NCBI GenBank assembly: GCA_951406725.2
Contig: OX597834.1
Location: 3,038,001-3,102,000, forward strand
Direction of reading: 5' to 3'
Source of the DNA: Octopus vulgaris
Taxonomy: Eukaryota
DNA length: 64,000 bases
Below are positions 13,723 through 27,289 of this stretch, piece by piece. A model generated the notes under the pieces. The model saw only the letters and a list, made by a program, of their open reading frames with translations, did no database searches and had not been told where the DNA came from. The position numbers were made by a program, and so were the translations under genes. Every line of letters begins with the position of its first letter. The first letter of the stretch is position 1.

Positions 13723-14914
13723 TCCTCTTCCTCTTTTTCTTCTTCTTCCACTTCCTCTTCTTCTTCTTCTTCTTCTTATATTTCCTCCTCCTCATCATCA
13801 TCATCGCATCATTCTCAACGTCACCACCACAACCACCGCCATCTTCATCATCATCACTATCAGCATAACCAGTGCCACTACAACCATCACAACAACCATC
13901 ATCATCACCACCACCAATACCACAATAACACTACCACCACACCCACCACCATAAATACCACAGCAACAGCAGCAACAAATACAGCCGCCTCCACCACCAC
14001 CAACACCACCACCACCACCACCGTCGTCACAGCCCAAACACCACAAATAAACGAGGGAACTAAAATAGAAATGACACTCAAGTCTCGTCTTTGGTTCGTT
14101 AATGTCGGCGAAAGTCACGTCTGTGGTGAGAATTGAATGTGACTTTGTGTGAATTCACTGGTGAACGCCATGGTAATGTAAGCCGTGATGCTAGAATAAA
14201 CATCGCTGACCTTTCACGCCTCATTGAACTGGAGATCATCGGAGTACCTCCCATTCTGGAGTCTTTCACATTGGTTTTTCTGTTTTCTTGGATTTCTGCC
14301 ACTTCATATAAAGGTTAATCATACCAACGGGTGTTTGCGTGTGTGCGCATGTGTAAGTGTATGTGTGTGTGTGAGTGTGTGTGTGTATACACGCATATAC
14401 ATGTCGTGTATATATATGTATGTATATGTGTGTGTGTGTATATATTTATATAAATATGTATGTATATGTGTATCCATATAAAACTAAATACATTTACACA
14501 CTGTATATCTGTATGCGTATGTATTCAATATGTGTGTGTGTGTGTATGCATACGTGTATGTGTGTTTAACGTTCAACGTTAAATTTATACCCCCTCTCTG
14601 TCTCTCTTTCTTTCTCTCTCTCTCTATCTCTCTCGCTGTTTCTCTCTCTTTCTCTCCCTCTCCCTTTCTCCGTAACTCAATCTCTTATCCTCTCTACACA
14701 CCTCTCACCTTCCAATCATCCAATCATCTGCTCTTCTCTCCTCCTCTCATTCCCTTATACACTTTCTCTATTTCCTTACATCTCTTAATGTATCTAATCT
14801 ATGTCGCTTTTTTAGTCTTTCTCTCTCTCTCCCCCCTTTTCTCCTTCTCTCCTCTTTATCTCTTCCCTCTCCTCTTTATCTTTCAGTTTGATTCTTCCTC
14901 TCTCTCTCTCTATC

Positions 14915-15035
14915 ACTCTCTCTTTCTCTTTCACTCTCTCTTTCTCTTTCACTCTCTCTTTTTCTTTCACTCTCTCTTTCTCTTTCACTCTCTCTTTCTC
15001 TTTCACTCTCTCTTTCTCTTTCACTTTCTCTTTCT
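14915..15035. repeat. 18-bp minisatellite (TTTCACTCTCTCTTTCTC)n
   Basis: About six tandem units; gives the VKEKER-repeat ORF. Confidence 0.85.
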
Positions 15036-16605
15036 CTTTCTCTCTCTCTCTCTTTTTCTCTGTGTATATGTGCATGTGTACATATTTATATGGCTATATG
15101 TGTGCGTGTGAGTGTGTGCGTATGTGTGTATGTGTACATGTATTTACATATATGTGTGTGCGTATGCGCAAGTCAGTTTATGCATATATGGGTATATGTA
15201 TATGTCTGTGGCGTATAGCGTGTGTGTGTGTGTGTGTGTTTAGTTTTCGTTATTTCCCTCCTTCCCTTTCTCCGATGTCCCTTATTCCCACCCTCTTCCT
15301 CCCAACCCCTCCCTCTCTCTCTCCCACCTTCTCATTCTCTCTCCCTCCGTCTCCTTACCTCTCCCTATCTCCCTCTCTCTCTCTCTCTCTTTCTCTTTTT
15401 CTCCCGCTCTCTAAAGGTGAATCCTCTTCACCAGGCTACTATAGCTCAAGTATTCCAATGTCCAACCACGTAAACTCTCAACTGAAAACTCATCAGATTT
15501 TGCAGTTTTCGCGGTTGACTCTGTTTTGTCCGGGCTAATTTCTTCAGTTTTAACCTATATCTCTCTCAATGTACAGAGAGCATACACATACACAAACACA
15601 CACACACAAACATACACATACACACACAATACACACAGAAACGCACGCACACTCAGGTACACAATCACACACTCACACAATATACACACACAAATTCATA
15701 CATATAAAACACAACCACACATACAAACACACCTACAGCAACCAATCACCACATGAGCCCCCGAACGCCGTGCTAGGACATGCAGCACTCGTGAAAAACA
15801 GAAAGGAGCAGCGGCTGTTAGTTTCCGACTAAGTCCACCTTGACCTCTTCTACTGTGACGACCACCAGAATTTGTACTGAGACACACACCACCAACAACA
15901 AAAAACAAGGGCAGAATAAATGCAACCATCACACACTGAGACCATTTCGGCTCAGTCGCCTCCACTTTTGGTTCCCATATGAGTCTTCGGAGGCCCAAAG
16001 TGAAAGCGCACAATGTCCTGAGTGTAACATTGCAGCCTCGTACGAAGTCCCGTTGCATTTGCATTTAGGAGTGTGCATTATCTGCAGGAGCAGAGAAATA
16101 GAGCGGTCAGACGGGAGAGAGTAGAACGTGTCCAAAATGTTGCCGATGCACAGCACACGATACGTCAGGTGTGTGTTTACTGTTATAGTATAGCAGGCCA
16201 TAGAGGTGTGTTGATAGCAATGTGGTACGGAAGCCCTTACGGGTATTGATGGTACTGTAGTATGAAAGACCATATAGGTGTGTTGATGGTGTTACACTAT
16301 GGAAGATCACGTCGCGTGGTACAATGATGGCACTGTAGTATGCAAGAACATAGCATGGTATGGTAAGACACTATACTCATTACTTTTCTTTCTATTCTGG
16401 TAGTTGTTTTGTTGTTGTTGTTTTAATGTCCCTAATGTTACATGGTTTTCTATCAAGGTCACTCCATTACATCCCTCCTCCGACAATAACTTCCTTTGCC
16501 CTCACAAACTGCCCTCAACACATCATCCTGTAACTTATCTTGAATACCTCGATGTCTTGTGTTGCTCTCTATAGCTAGATTAGGTAAATAAACAGACAGA
16601 CAGAC

Positions 16606-16790
<185 letters not shown>

Positions 16791-16892
16791 CGCTTGTGCA
16801 TGTGCCTTGTATCATGGAAGGTTCATTTTGCTAAAATATATTTTGTATTGGAAAAAACATGGCTGTTTTGTTTTAACAACCACTTCACAACA

Positions 16893-17072
16893 ATCTGGCA
16901 AAACAGTTAACACGCCGGGCGAAATGCTTAATTTCGTCTGTCTTCAAGTTCTGAGTTCAAATTCCACCGAGGTTGACTTTGCCTTTCATCCTTTCAGGGT
17001 CGATAAATTAAGTACCAATCTAATTGACTGGCCCCTTCCCAAAACTTTTGGGCCTTGTGCCTAGAGTAGAAA
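16893..17072 (+). mobile_element. SINE, abundant family with GCCTTTCATCCTTTC..GGTCGATAAA core
   Basis: Matches copies at 27310, 37585, 39818, 61209, 62919, 63330, 63540; B-box-like GAGTTCAAATTCC. Confidence 0.8.
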
Positions 17073-17099
17073 ATAATATATCTATAGGAGTGTGTGTGT

Positions 17100-17146
<47 letters not shown>

Positions 17147-17148
<2 letters not shown>

Positions 17149-17717
17149 AGCTGTTGACCCCTGCGTTGCTCGTGTTTTCCGTGAAGTTAAACCCACCTCT
17201 GACCTTGAATTGAAATCTTCTACGTTCCCCGTGCCAACTATTACCCATTAAGATGTTATATCTGGTTTGGCAGACTGTTGCAGGATGAGTGGATGTGTGG
17301 CAGGTGGAGGGAAAATGGTCAGAGCAGGCGACGGAGTTTTGCTGACGGAGTGGAGTTTTTTAGGCTGACGATGATGTGTTCAATGGTGCAGCCACATACT
17401 GAGAACAACTCACTGCCATGAGCCTCGTTCACTCATCGATTTTCATCAAAACTGGACAAGAAATGCAAAAGCTACAAAAAAAATAACATCGTTATGGGAA
17501 TTTCCATTCCAACGCCAGATTGAGCTCACGAAAATCGATGCCAACTAAGCATTATCGGGTTCTCGAAAACAAAATCTGGTCTTATTTGAACTTCAGAGCA
17601 TGTGATCTACCTATGGGCCAAAAATCATTAAAATCGGTTGGACGGTGTGGGATGAGTTAGAGTAACACCAAACACACACACAGACAATAGACACCATTAC
17701 ACATTTATGTATATAGA
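17147..17717 (-). mobile_element. Non-autonomous Helitron-type element
   Basis: Minus strand begins A|TCTATATACATAAA, has a (TG/TCTG) microsatellite near the 5' end, and ends CGAGCAACGCAGGGGTCAACAGCTAG|T. TC...CTAG termini, A|T target, no TSD. Confidence 0.65.
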
Positions 17718-18049
17718 TATATATATTTATATATCTCATGCATATGTATACATGCATATATTTTACTGCAATTTTATGCATAAATATACATATATATATA
17801 TATTCAAACATATAAAGGGATGGCTATAATAGGACATCCGACTCACTAGAAAGAGCAGCTAAACTCCAAACCACTAATAGTTGTAATGGAAAGAGAAATA
17901 AAAACGTTTACCCTCTCGTTTCTTGACTATGCATAGTTTCGGCAATCTTTTGTAAATAAATTAAATTAAATTAAATTTATTTAACACTGGCATTTATTAA
18001 CATATATATATATATATGTATTATATATATTAACATATATATATGTGTG

Positions 18050-18115
<66 letters not shown>

Positions 18116-18314
18116 CACATGCATGCATACATAAATATATGAAATATATTTGTATATACTATATATATATACATACATGATACATGCATATTTACAAGCA
18201 TATACACGGGTGTGTGTGTGTGCGCGCGCGTACGTCGGGTATGGGTGTGTGTATGTGTAGAAAATAGTGATATATTTTGAAATGTATTTCTTATATTTAT
18301 GTGCAGGGGTGCCT

Positions 18315-18403
<89 letters not shown>

Positions 18404-18983
18404 TGCGTGTGTGTGTCTGTGTGTGTGTGTGTGTGTGCTGGTCCTGCACGTATTTTGGGTGTTCACAATGAAAAGTAAACACCGAAACGAAATAAGAAAT
18501 GAAAAGAACGTGCCACAGATTAATGATGTCAGGTTACTTCCGGTAAAGGAGTGACTTGATTAGCAAACCACATCCGCCTTCCCAAGCTTCTCCACTTCGT
18601 TCGGCCATTTTGAAGTATTTTCATTCCCTCATTTTGTTTTTGTTTACTTGTTTTGTTTTTATTTTTTAAATGTCGGTTTCAATTTGTTGAAGTTTTATTG
18701 AAATGTTCCTCGTGTTTCTGAGCGAAGAAAGATGGCCAAGAAGGCAGACAGACAGACCTACTGACGGACTGACACAGATGCCGAACGGGGAGGAGGAAGA
18801 CAAGGAGGAGGAGGCGATGTTGGTTTTGGTGTAGGTGGTGACGACAAAGGCGGAGATGATGACAGCAGGTGAAGGTGATGATGATAGCGACGACGACGAC
18901 GACAATGATGATGATGATGTTGGTGATGACGATGATGATGACGTTGATGAGGGTGATATTGCTCAACAGTTGTAATTGTTATA

Positions 18984-18984
<1 letters not shown>

Positions 18985-19025
<41 letters not shown>

Positions 19026-19093
19026 TGGTGGTGGTGGTAGTAGTAGTAGTGGCAGAGGTGGTGGTGGTGGTGGTGGTGGTAGTGGTGGTGGTG

Positions 19094-19146
<53 letters not shown>

Positions 19147-19180
19147 GGTGGTGGTGGTAGTGGTGGTGGTGGTGGTGGTG

Positions 19181-19236
<56 letters not shown>

Positions 19237-19345
19237 GGTGGTGGTGGTGGTGGTGGTAGTAGTGGTGGTGGTGGTTGTGGTGGTGGTGGTGGTGGTGGTG
19301 GTGGTGGTGGTGGTGGTGGTGGTGGTGGTGGTGGTTGTTGTGGTG
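18985..19345. repeat. Compound (GTA)n/(GTG)n microsatellite
   Basis: Directly visible; source of poly-V/poly-T ORFs. Confidence 0.97.
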
Positions 19346-19361
19346 ACAGGGTTGCTCCTTT

Positions 19362-19498
19362 TAACTTGCTGAGTGAACTGGAGCAACGTGAAATGAAGAG
19401 TTTGGCTCAAGGACACAATGCGTCGCCCTGTCCAGAAATCGAAACCACAATATTGCGATCATGAATCCAACGCCCTTAACCACTAAGCCACGCACCCC
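19362..19498 (-). mobile_element. tRNA-derived SINE (5' part)
   Basis: Minus strand GGTGCGTGGCTTAGTGGTTAAGGG (A box) ..GGTTTCGATTTC (B box) ..GTGTCCTTGAGCCAA; same family head as 19929 and 52010. Confidence 0.8.
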
Positions 19499-19928
19499 CC
19501 ACCTGCAATAATGGAGAAGAAGAAGAAGAAGAAGAAGAAGAAGAAGAAGAAGAAGAAGAAGAAGAAGAAGGAGGAGGAGGGGGAGAAGGTGGAGGAGGCG
19601 AAGGAGGCGGAGGACGGGGGAGGAGGGGGAGGAGAAGGGCTGGAGGAGAGGGGAGGGGAGAATGGGAGGAGGGGGGAGGAGAAGGGCTTGAGGAGATGCG
19701 GAGGAGGAGAGGGAGGGGAGTGGAGGAGGGGGAGGAGAAGGGCTGGAGGAGATGGGGAGGAGGAGGGGAGGGGGAGGAGGAGGACTACAGAAGCGTTGCT
19801 CTACCGACCTGTGCAGTTTGAACAACCTACGGCAGTATACAAAATACTTTTGAGCAATTTTTGCGTTTCTTTCTTTCGGTTTAACATTCGTTTATGTGGG
19901 CTAGTGGTGTGTGTCTGGGTGTGTAAGG

Positions 19929-20235
19929 TGAAGGCGCGTGGCTCAGTTGTTGGGTATTCGGCACACGATCGTAAGCTAAATGAGTTCGATTCCTAGCGGC
20001 GCAAGACGCTTCATTTCGCGTTGCTCTGGTCCGTTCAGCTGGCAGAAATGAGCTGTACCAGTAATTCGAAAGGGGACAGCCATGTGAGATTCTATTTCAT
20101 ACTGAATCTCCCTGAGAACTGCGTTAAGAGTTACGTGTGTCTGTGGAGTACTCAGCCACTTTCACGTTAATTTCAAGAGCAGACTGTTCTCTTGATCGAG
20201 TCAACTGGAACACTCCTTGTTACAACCGACGGAGT

Positions 20236-20240
<5 letters not shown>
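19929..20240 (+). mobile_element. tRNA-derived SINE
   Basis: GAAGGCGCGTGGCTCAGTTG (A box), GAGTTCGATTCC (B box), body shared with the 19362 and 52010 copies, (GT)n tail. Confidence 0.8.
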
Positions 20241-20316
<76 letters not shown>

Positions 20317-20428
20317 TGTCTGTCCGTCTGTGTTGCAACATATATCTCTCTCGCTCTTAAGCGTTATAACATCCTTCACTTTCTAACCTGCTATGCAAAC
20401 ACACACGCATACACATACACATTTACAC

Positions 20429-20459
<31 letters not shown>

Positions 20460-20779
20460 TACATACCTACATATATAAATATATATATGTTATATACAAA
20501 TATATATATATATATATAAGTGCATGCACATATACATATATTCATATATATATATACACACACACGTGTATGTGCATATGTATAGGTATGTGTATATGCG
20601 TGTGCGTATGTGTATGTGTGTGTGTATAACTTAATAAATTTATTGTTAATTAAAGAAAGCAGCTAATTAATCAGATAGCTAATTATTATAAAACACATCC
20701 AATTAAAACCATTGCGTATGTTTTATTCGCTGAATGACCGTCAGGAGGAAGAACGAGGTTTGTGAGACTGAAGAGGAAG

Positions 20780-21112
20780 GATGAGAAGAAGAAGAAGAAG
20801 AAGAAGGAGAAGAAGAAGAAGAGGAGGAGGAGGAGGAGAAAAAAAGGAAGAAGAAGAAGAAGAGGAGGAAAAGAAGAAGAAGAAGAAGAAGAGGAGAAGA
20901 AGAAGAAGAAGAAGAAGAAGAAGAGGAGAAGAAGAAGAAGAAGAAGAAGAAGAAGAAGAAGAAGAAGAAGAAGAAGAAGAAGAAGAAGAAGAAGAGGAGG
21001 AGAAGAAGAAGAAGAAGAAGAAGAAGAGGAGGAGGAGATGAAGAAGAAGAAGAAGAAGAAGAAGAGGAGGAGGAGAAGAAGAAGAAGAAGAAGAAGAAGA
21101 AGAAGAAGAAAG
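20780..21112. repeat. (GAA)n/(GAG)n polypurine microsatellite
   Basis: Directly visible. Confidence 0.97.
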
Positions 21113-22085
21113 ACGAGGAGATATTGGTGATGCTTGTGGCATTAGTGGTGGTGGCGACGGGTGAGGGCGGCGGTGTCGTCGACAGAGACGGTGTTGGAGG
21201 TGATATTGTGATGGCGAAGAAGTGAAAGAAGGGTTGCAAGAGAGGCGGGAGAGGGAGAAAGAAGGAGACAGAGAGAGACAGACAGGGTGTGTGCGTGTGT
21301 GTGTGTGTGTGTGTGTATTTCAAAATGAGGAGTACAGGTAAGATCATTCCGGAGAGAGAGAGAGAGGAAGAGAAAGAGAGGAAGAGAAAGAGAAAGTGGA
21401 AAGAAAGAGAGAAAGAGATAAAGAGAGGACAAGAGATAGAATGAGCGGTTAAGAGAGACGAGTCTTTGTTGTATTGAGTTCGAGTTGCAAGTTTTAGAGA
21501 AGTCTTCAGCTCCGTCCTTCATCTACGAATGAAGAAATACGGTATTTCCAAAAGATAAACCATACAATTTCATTTTTTTCTTCTTTTTTTTTTCTTGTAG
21601 AGAAGCTGTCAAGGTGGAATTCTGTTTGCTGGCACCATTAAAGCCATAATTTCTGATAACTTCAGTGAAGTTGCCATTCTTGCAGAGGAACCAAACTTTC
21701 TGCTTCACTGAACGCAAGATATTTTTGGCAGCTGCTTGCAAACCTGCTCTTTCCCTCTCTCTTTCTTTCCTTTTTCTTCTTTTTCCTTATTCTCTTCTCT
21801 TTTTTTTTTTTTTTTGAAAGTAGTCGAAATACTTTTATATGATTAGATTTTTACATTCCTTGGACAGAGAAAGTTACTGGCCATGGGGCTAAGGTTTTGG
21901 GATCACGATCATAAGTTCGTGTGTTCGATTCCTTGATAGAGTGGCTCATTGTGTCCTTGGCCAAAGCACTTCACTTCTTGTTTCTCCGGTCTACTCAGTT
22001 ACCCCCTCTAGTGTTATACAGCCCATTCTCCCTCCAGCCACTCTATCCTAGATATGAATAGGGCCCGATTGGGTGTCTGTTTACA

Positions 22086-22178
<93 letters not shown>

Positions 22179-22800
22179 CCGTAGACGAAGCTATAGCATA
22201 TTCATGCCATTTCTTTTCTGTGCAAAACATCTGGTTGGAAATCCCCACTGAACGGGGTTTTTTGGGGGGTTTTTTCAGAGATTTCCTTCTCGATGGATTG
22301 TCTTCATCGCGAATGGTTAGTACCATTTACCATTGACCATATTGGATGGCCGTTGACTCTCCTGAGTTCCTACGCCTTTCAAGGTTTTTGTTTTTCATCC
22401 CGCACCAAACGGGAAACGGGTATATAGTTAATCAGAGCCGGGTAGATTCGTTATTTTTTCTCTTTACTTGCGTGAGTTGGGATTATTGCTATCTGGGAGA
22501 TATCTTCTGCTAGTGGAATAGTATTTAATTGCTATTTCTAAATTTCGGTATGTAGTGAAGTAATTTTGCTGAACCCTAATTATAATTATGTTTATAATTA
22601 TGGTTGGTTAGCATTTCCGTGCACTGGGTATTTTTTTATCCATATCCTCTAGAAAAGGATGAGTTGTGTTCGTTATTCTCTCACCGGTATTCGACTAACT
22701 ACCTTTGCTCTTTATTCTTCTATTTTATTCCTTATAAACTGTGAATCTATTTCATTCCTTGTAAATTATAAATTTTCCCTATCTAAACTATTCATACTTT

Positions 22801-22876
22801 GTCTCTGATGACGGAATACCCAGTGCATGGACATGCCATCCTACCACTTCGGTTATACCAGAAACGGCTGTAAGAC
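22801..22876 (+). ncRNA. Type-I hammerhead ribozyme (PLE pseudo-LTR type)
   Basis: GTCT-CTGATGA-C-GGAATACC..GGTTATACC-A-GAAA-CGGCTG-TA-AGAC. Stem I GTCT/AGAC, near-palindromic stem III (G-U), GUA triplet, imperfect stem II. Confidence 0.75.
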
Positions 22877-22992
22877 TTCAAATTCACCTTACCCTAATTA
22901 AATTATTCGAAATGACTCGAGATACTCGCTCTGCCTTGGTTTTGACATTCCCTCTAATATAATACACACGCACGCACAAACACACACACATA

Positions 22993-23102
<110 letters not shown>

Positions 23103-23198
23103 TAATCCAAACAAGAAAGCACAAAAAAACACAACAACGCGAGGACGTGGATCAAATATAGTATTATTGGACGCTCAGGAAAGAAGGGAAGAAGGAAG

Positions 23199-23233
23199 GT
23201 TTAACGTTTCGAGCGGATCTCTTCGTCGGAAAC
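23199..23233 (-). ncRNA. Ultra-minimal hammerhead variant (CCGACGA core)
   Basis: Minus strand GTTT-CCGACGA-AGAGATCCGCTC-GAAA-CG-TT-AAAC. Stem I GTTT/AAAC, stem III reduced to the AACGTT palindrome. Confidence 0.6.
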
Positions 23234-24112
23234 ATAGGAAAAGGAAAGATCCAGAGAAGGGAAGACAGAGGAAAAAAATCGCCAACGGTACACGCGCGGT
23301 ATAGTCGCAAAACTGATGGAGAATTAGGGTCTGTCGTATGAGTACGTTTTTTAGTATTTAGCGCATTTTTTCATTATATATCCGACGAACACAATGTACG
23401 AAACGTTAACCTTTGCATTGCAACTTTCTCTTTTCTTTTCTTTTTTTTAATTCAGCCAAATATTAACTGGACTTCTGTGGTTTTCTTTTGTTTATATGTG
23501 TGTGAACACGTGTATGTGTGCATGCTTGTATGTATGTATGTATGTATGTGTGTGTGTATGTATGTGCGTATACGATCTACTGTGCATCTCTGTTCCAATG
23601 ACTGCTGCATTATTCCCTGCCAATATCTAAAATAAACATCATCTCTTTGGGAATTTTCTGAGACAATTGATGATACAAAAACAGCAACACATTTAATCCC
23701 GTTGATGTCGCTGTTGGTGACGATGAGGATAAAGATGAGGAGGAGGAGGAGGATGAAGATGGTGATGATGTTGATGATCATCATCATCATCATAACAATG
23801 TCTTCTCACACTCCGATGATAATTGATGCTCTAAATCTGTCCTTGTTACAAAATGTCTACATATCAAATTACGTACATATATATGTGTGTGCGCATGTGT
23901 GTGCGCATGTGTGTGCGTGCGAGTATGTGTATGTATGTGTGAGTGTGTATGAGAGGGAGAGAGAGAAAGGGAGAGTGAGAGACACAATATGGAGATAAGT
24001 CAAGAATCACTGTGAACCGCTATTGAACTCGACGTCGCCTCCTTACGTTCTTCGTGTTTTTTCACCCGTTCGTTTAGCTTTTCACTTTGTATGTCAGGTC
24101 ATATATATATGT

Positions 24113-24177
<65 letters not shown>

Positions 24178-24305
24178 AGAAATATATATATATATAATTA
24201 TATATATATATATATATATGTATGTATACATAAATATATACACTACGCGCGCGCACTGACATTTATACATGCCAGATCATATATATATGTATATATATGT
24301 ATATA

Positions 24306-24379
<74 letters not shown>

Positions 24380-24882
24380 CACAGCTCACATATACACACA
24401 CCACACACATACGCACACACTCGTACATTTATATATGTGTGTCTACATCTGTTTGTGTGTGTGTGTGTGTGTTTATATGCTTTTATCGATGTGTAGGTCT
24501 TCTTTCTGCATTCATTGTTTCGTTTCTTTTTTGTTCATTTTTTTCTTTTTTTCTTTTTTTGTTCTTCTTTCTTTTTTATTCTTTTAATTCCTCCTGCTTT
24601 TCTTCATTTTTTTTTCTACTGTTTTCTTTTACTTATTTACATCTTTGTTTGTTTGCTTATTTGTTAATTGCTATTGTTTGTTTTTAATCCATTGTTTTAT
24701 GTTCTTCTTTCCTCGTTTCTAATGAACGTTAAGAAAATCGTGATCATCACGTGACCGACATTTTGATTGTTGTCACAACAGTTTGATTGTTTTATGGTTC
24801 CGTGTGCGTGTGTATGTGTATTTATTGGTGTGCATATATATATATATATCTATTGGTGTGTGTATATATATCTATTGGTGTG

Positions 24883-25017
<135 letters not shown>

Positions 25018-25130
25018 CTGTGTATATATGTGTGTGTGTGTATTGTATTGGTATATATTTGATTCATAGTTAAGAAACAGATATTCTCCGCATGGAATAC
25101 GCATAGTAATGTTCAACTTTTAATCAGTAT

Positions 25131-25202
<72 letters not shown>

Positions 25203-25205
<3 letters not shown>

Positions 25206-25410
25206 TTCAATGCACTTCTCTTAGCGCTGCAACCACTTCGTGAAGACCTTATGGATGTTCCCCAAAGCGAAGGTGTCCTTGTCATTACCTCCTTCTTCTT
25301 CAAAACGACTGCTCCTTAGATCCGGCTTGGGTAACAACCAGAAGTCACAGTAGGCAGAGCACTGCATTGCAGGGAGAGTGAGGGACAGTTTTGGTACCCA
25401 TTTCTATCAA
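25203..25410 (-). pseudogene. Degenerate mariner transposase C-terminal fragment
   Basis: Minus-strand translation pieces CDFWLLPK..LRSSRFEEE..IHKVFTKWLQR*EKCIEV. Confidence 0.6.
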
Positions 25411-25413
25411 GTA

Positions 25414-25615
25414 CGAGGAGGTGAGGAAAATTTCCCGGCTTTAAGGGTATCGGCTTTAAGGCCCAGCCTTCTGAGTTCTTTTACAGGACTTAGAAAAACC
25501 GAAGGACCACTGCATTAAATGTGTGAATCTGAGAGGGGAATATGTTGAATGAAATCATAATTAACTGATCCTCCTGTGTTTTCTTTTACTCAAACTTCTC
25601 AGCTCTTTCTCTCGT
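25414..25615 (+). mobile_element. Internally deleted mariner element
   Basis: TA|CGAGGAGGTGAGGAAAATTTCCCGG left end, transposase C-terminus KCVNLRGEYVE*, degenerate right end ..CTCTCGT. Confidence 0.6.
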
Positions 25616-25838
25616 GGTTGGCTACCACGATGGAATTGAGATAACCAGTGTTTAGTTACTAGGGTGTATTCAAAATGTAGTTACAGCCCTCTCCTTCAAT
25701 TTGGAATCACAAAAGTTGGCAGTTCAGCTTATTGGATGTATACTAATGATATACAACAATTGCAATAATCTACGATAGTTATAATGTCCTCTCCTACAAA
25801 AGAGGCTCAAAACTGCTGCAATGTCCCTCGTATGCATA

Positions 25839-25891
<53 letters not shown>

Positions 25892-25931
25892 ATATTCAGA
25901 TCAGGTCACTTGCTATGCAAGTACATCTCCG

Positions 25932-25965
<34 letters not shown>

Positions 25966-26605
25966 AGATGTACTTGCATAGCAAGTGACCTGATCTGAGG
26001 TCGTGTGCTGGAACGAAAACAATTCCAGCGTGGAAGGTGTTTATAAGCCATTTAAAAGAAACACACAGAAACCGTTAGATTCACTTCAACATTTAAATTT
26101 AATTTGCAAAATCTTTTCGTCGCTTTGAGACCGCGACCTGTCTGTGTTCCTTAAATGGCTTATAAACACCTTCCACGCTGCAATTATATATATTGAATCA
26201 GATACTTGAAAGTATGTACCAAGTAGGGCTGAATAATGTCTGTGGTTCCGGCCAGTGGTTGGTTGGAGTTGAGATATCGGGTAGGATATTTCGATTTTGT
26301 ACACAGAGTAAACCAACCCTAACTGATTCCTTCTCTCTCTGGGCACTGAACTTACATATATATTATACTCCCTCAGGAACTATATTTAACGGCTAACATT
26401 TGTTGGTCACTTCCCTTTCCCTAGCTCAGCCTCCACAAACACATCTTTGCTGCATTTCTGGAATACCCCTTCGTTCTATAAAAATTGTGTTCTTATCTGA
26501 TAATTACGGTCTTTTATAAGGATGCAATGTACGCATTCTTCATTAAAAGTTGCGTAAGAAACAGTCGTAATCAGCTGACACCTATCCAACGTGAATTTGA
26601 TATAC

Positions 26606-26770
<165 letters not shown>

Positions 26771-26940
26771 TGTATGTATGTATGTATGTATGTATGTATA
26801 TACGAGTGAGTGGACAAACGGAAGAAGGGCACTCAAGAAAATCATTGAGAGTTACATATAGGGATCAAAACAGTTTGATTTAAATTCGTTGATACTCTTG
26901 GGTTTCAAGTGTATTTGGAATTTTGGAATGTATGTGTGTG

Positions 26941-27012
<72 letters not shown>

Positions 27013-27079
27013 ATGTATTATATGTAACATGTATGTATATATATATATATATAGCATGTATGTATATGTATGTATATAT

Positions 27080-27110
<31 letters not shown>

Positions 27111-27230
27111 CTTTATTTTAAGCAGCAGAAAATTCAACAAAATCTGCTGCTTAAAATAAAGCATATTACTCTACCACTGGTATTTGAGTACTCTTTTTTC
27201 CACCTTGTTTCACATTTATGTGTTTACTCC

Positions 27231-27289
<59 letters not shown>

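Noticed and set aside
14111-14146. AAAGTCACGT/ATGTGACTTT hairpin and nearby TCTTTGGTT (miR-9-like seed) as a pre-miRNA
   Set aside because: Stem is only ~10 bp and the sequence does not match miR-9 or miR-263/183 beyond a few bases.
19929-20000. tRNA genes (also 29555-29627, 52275-52349)
   Set aside because: A/B boxes are present but there is no full cloverleaf and they run into SINE bodies; these are SINE heads.
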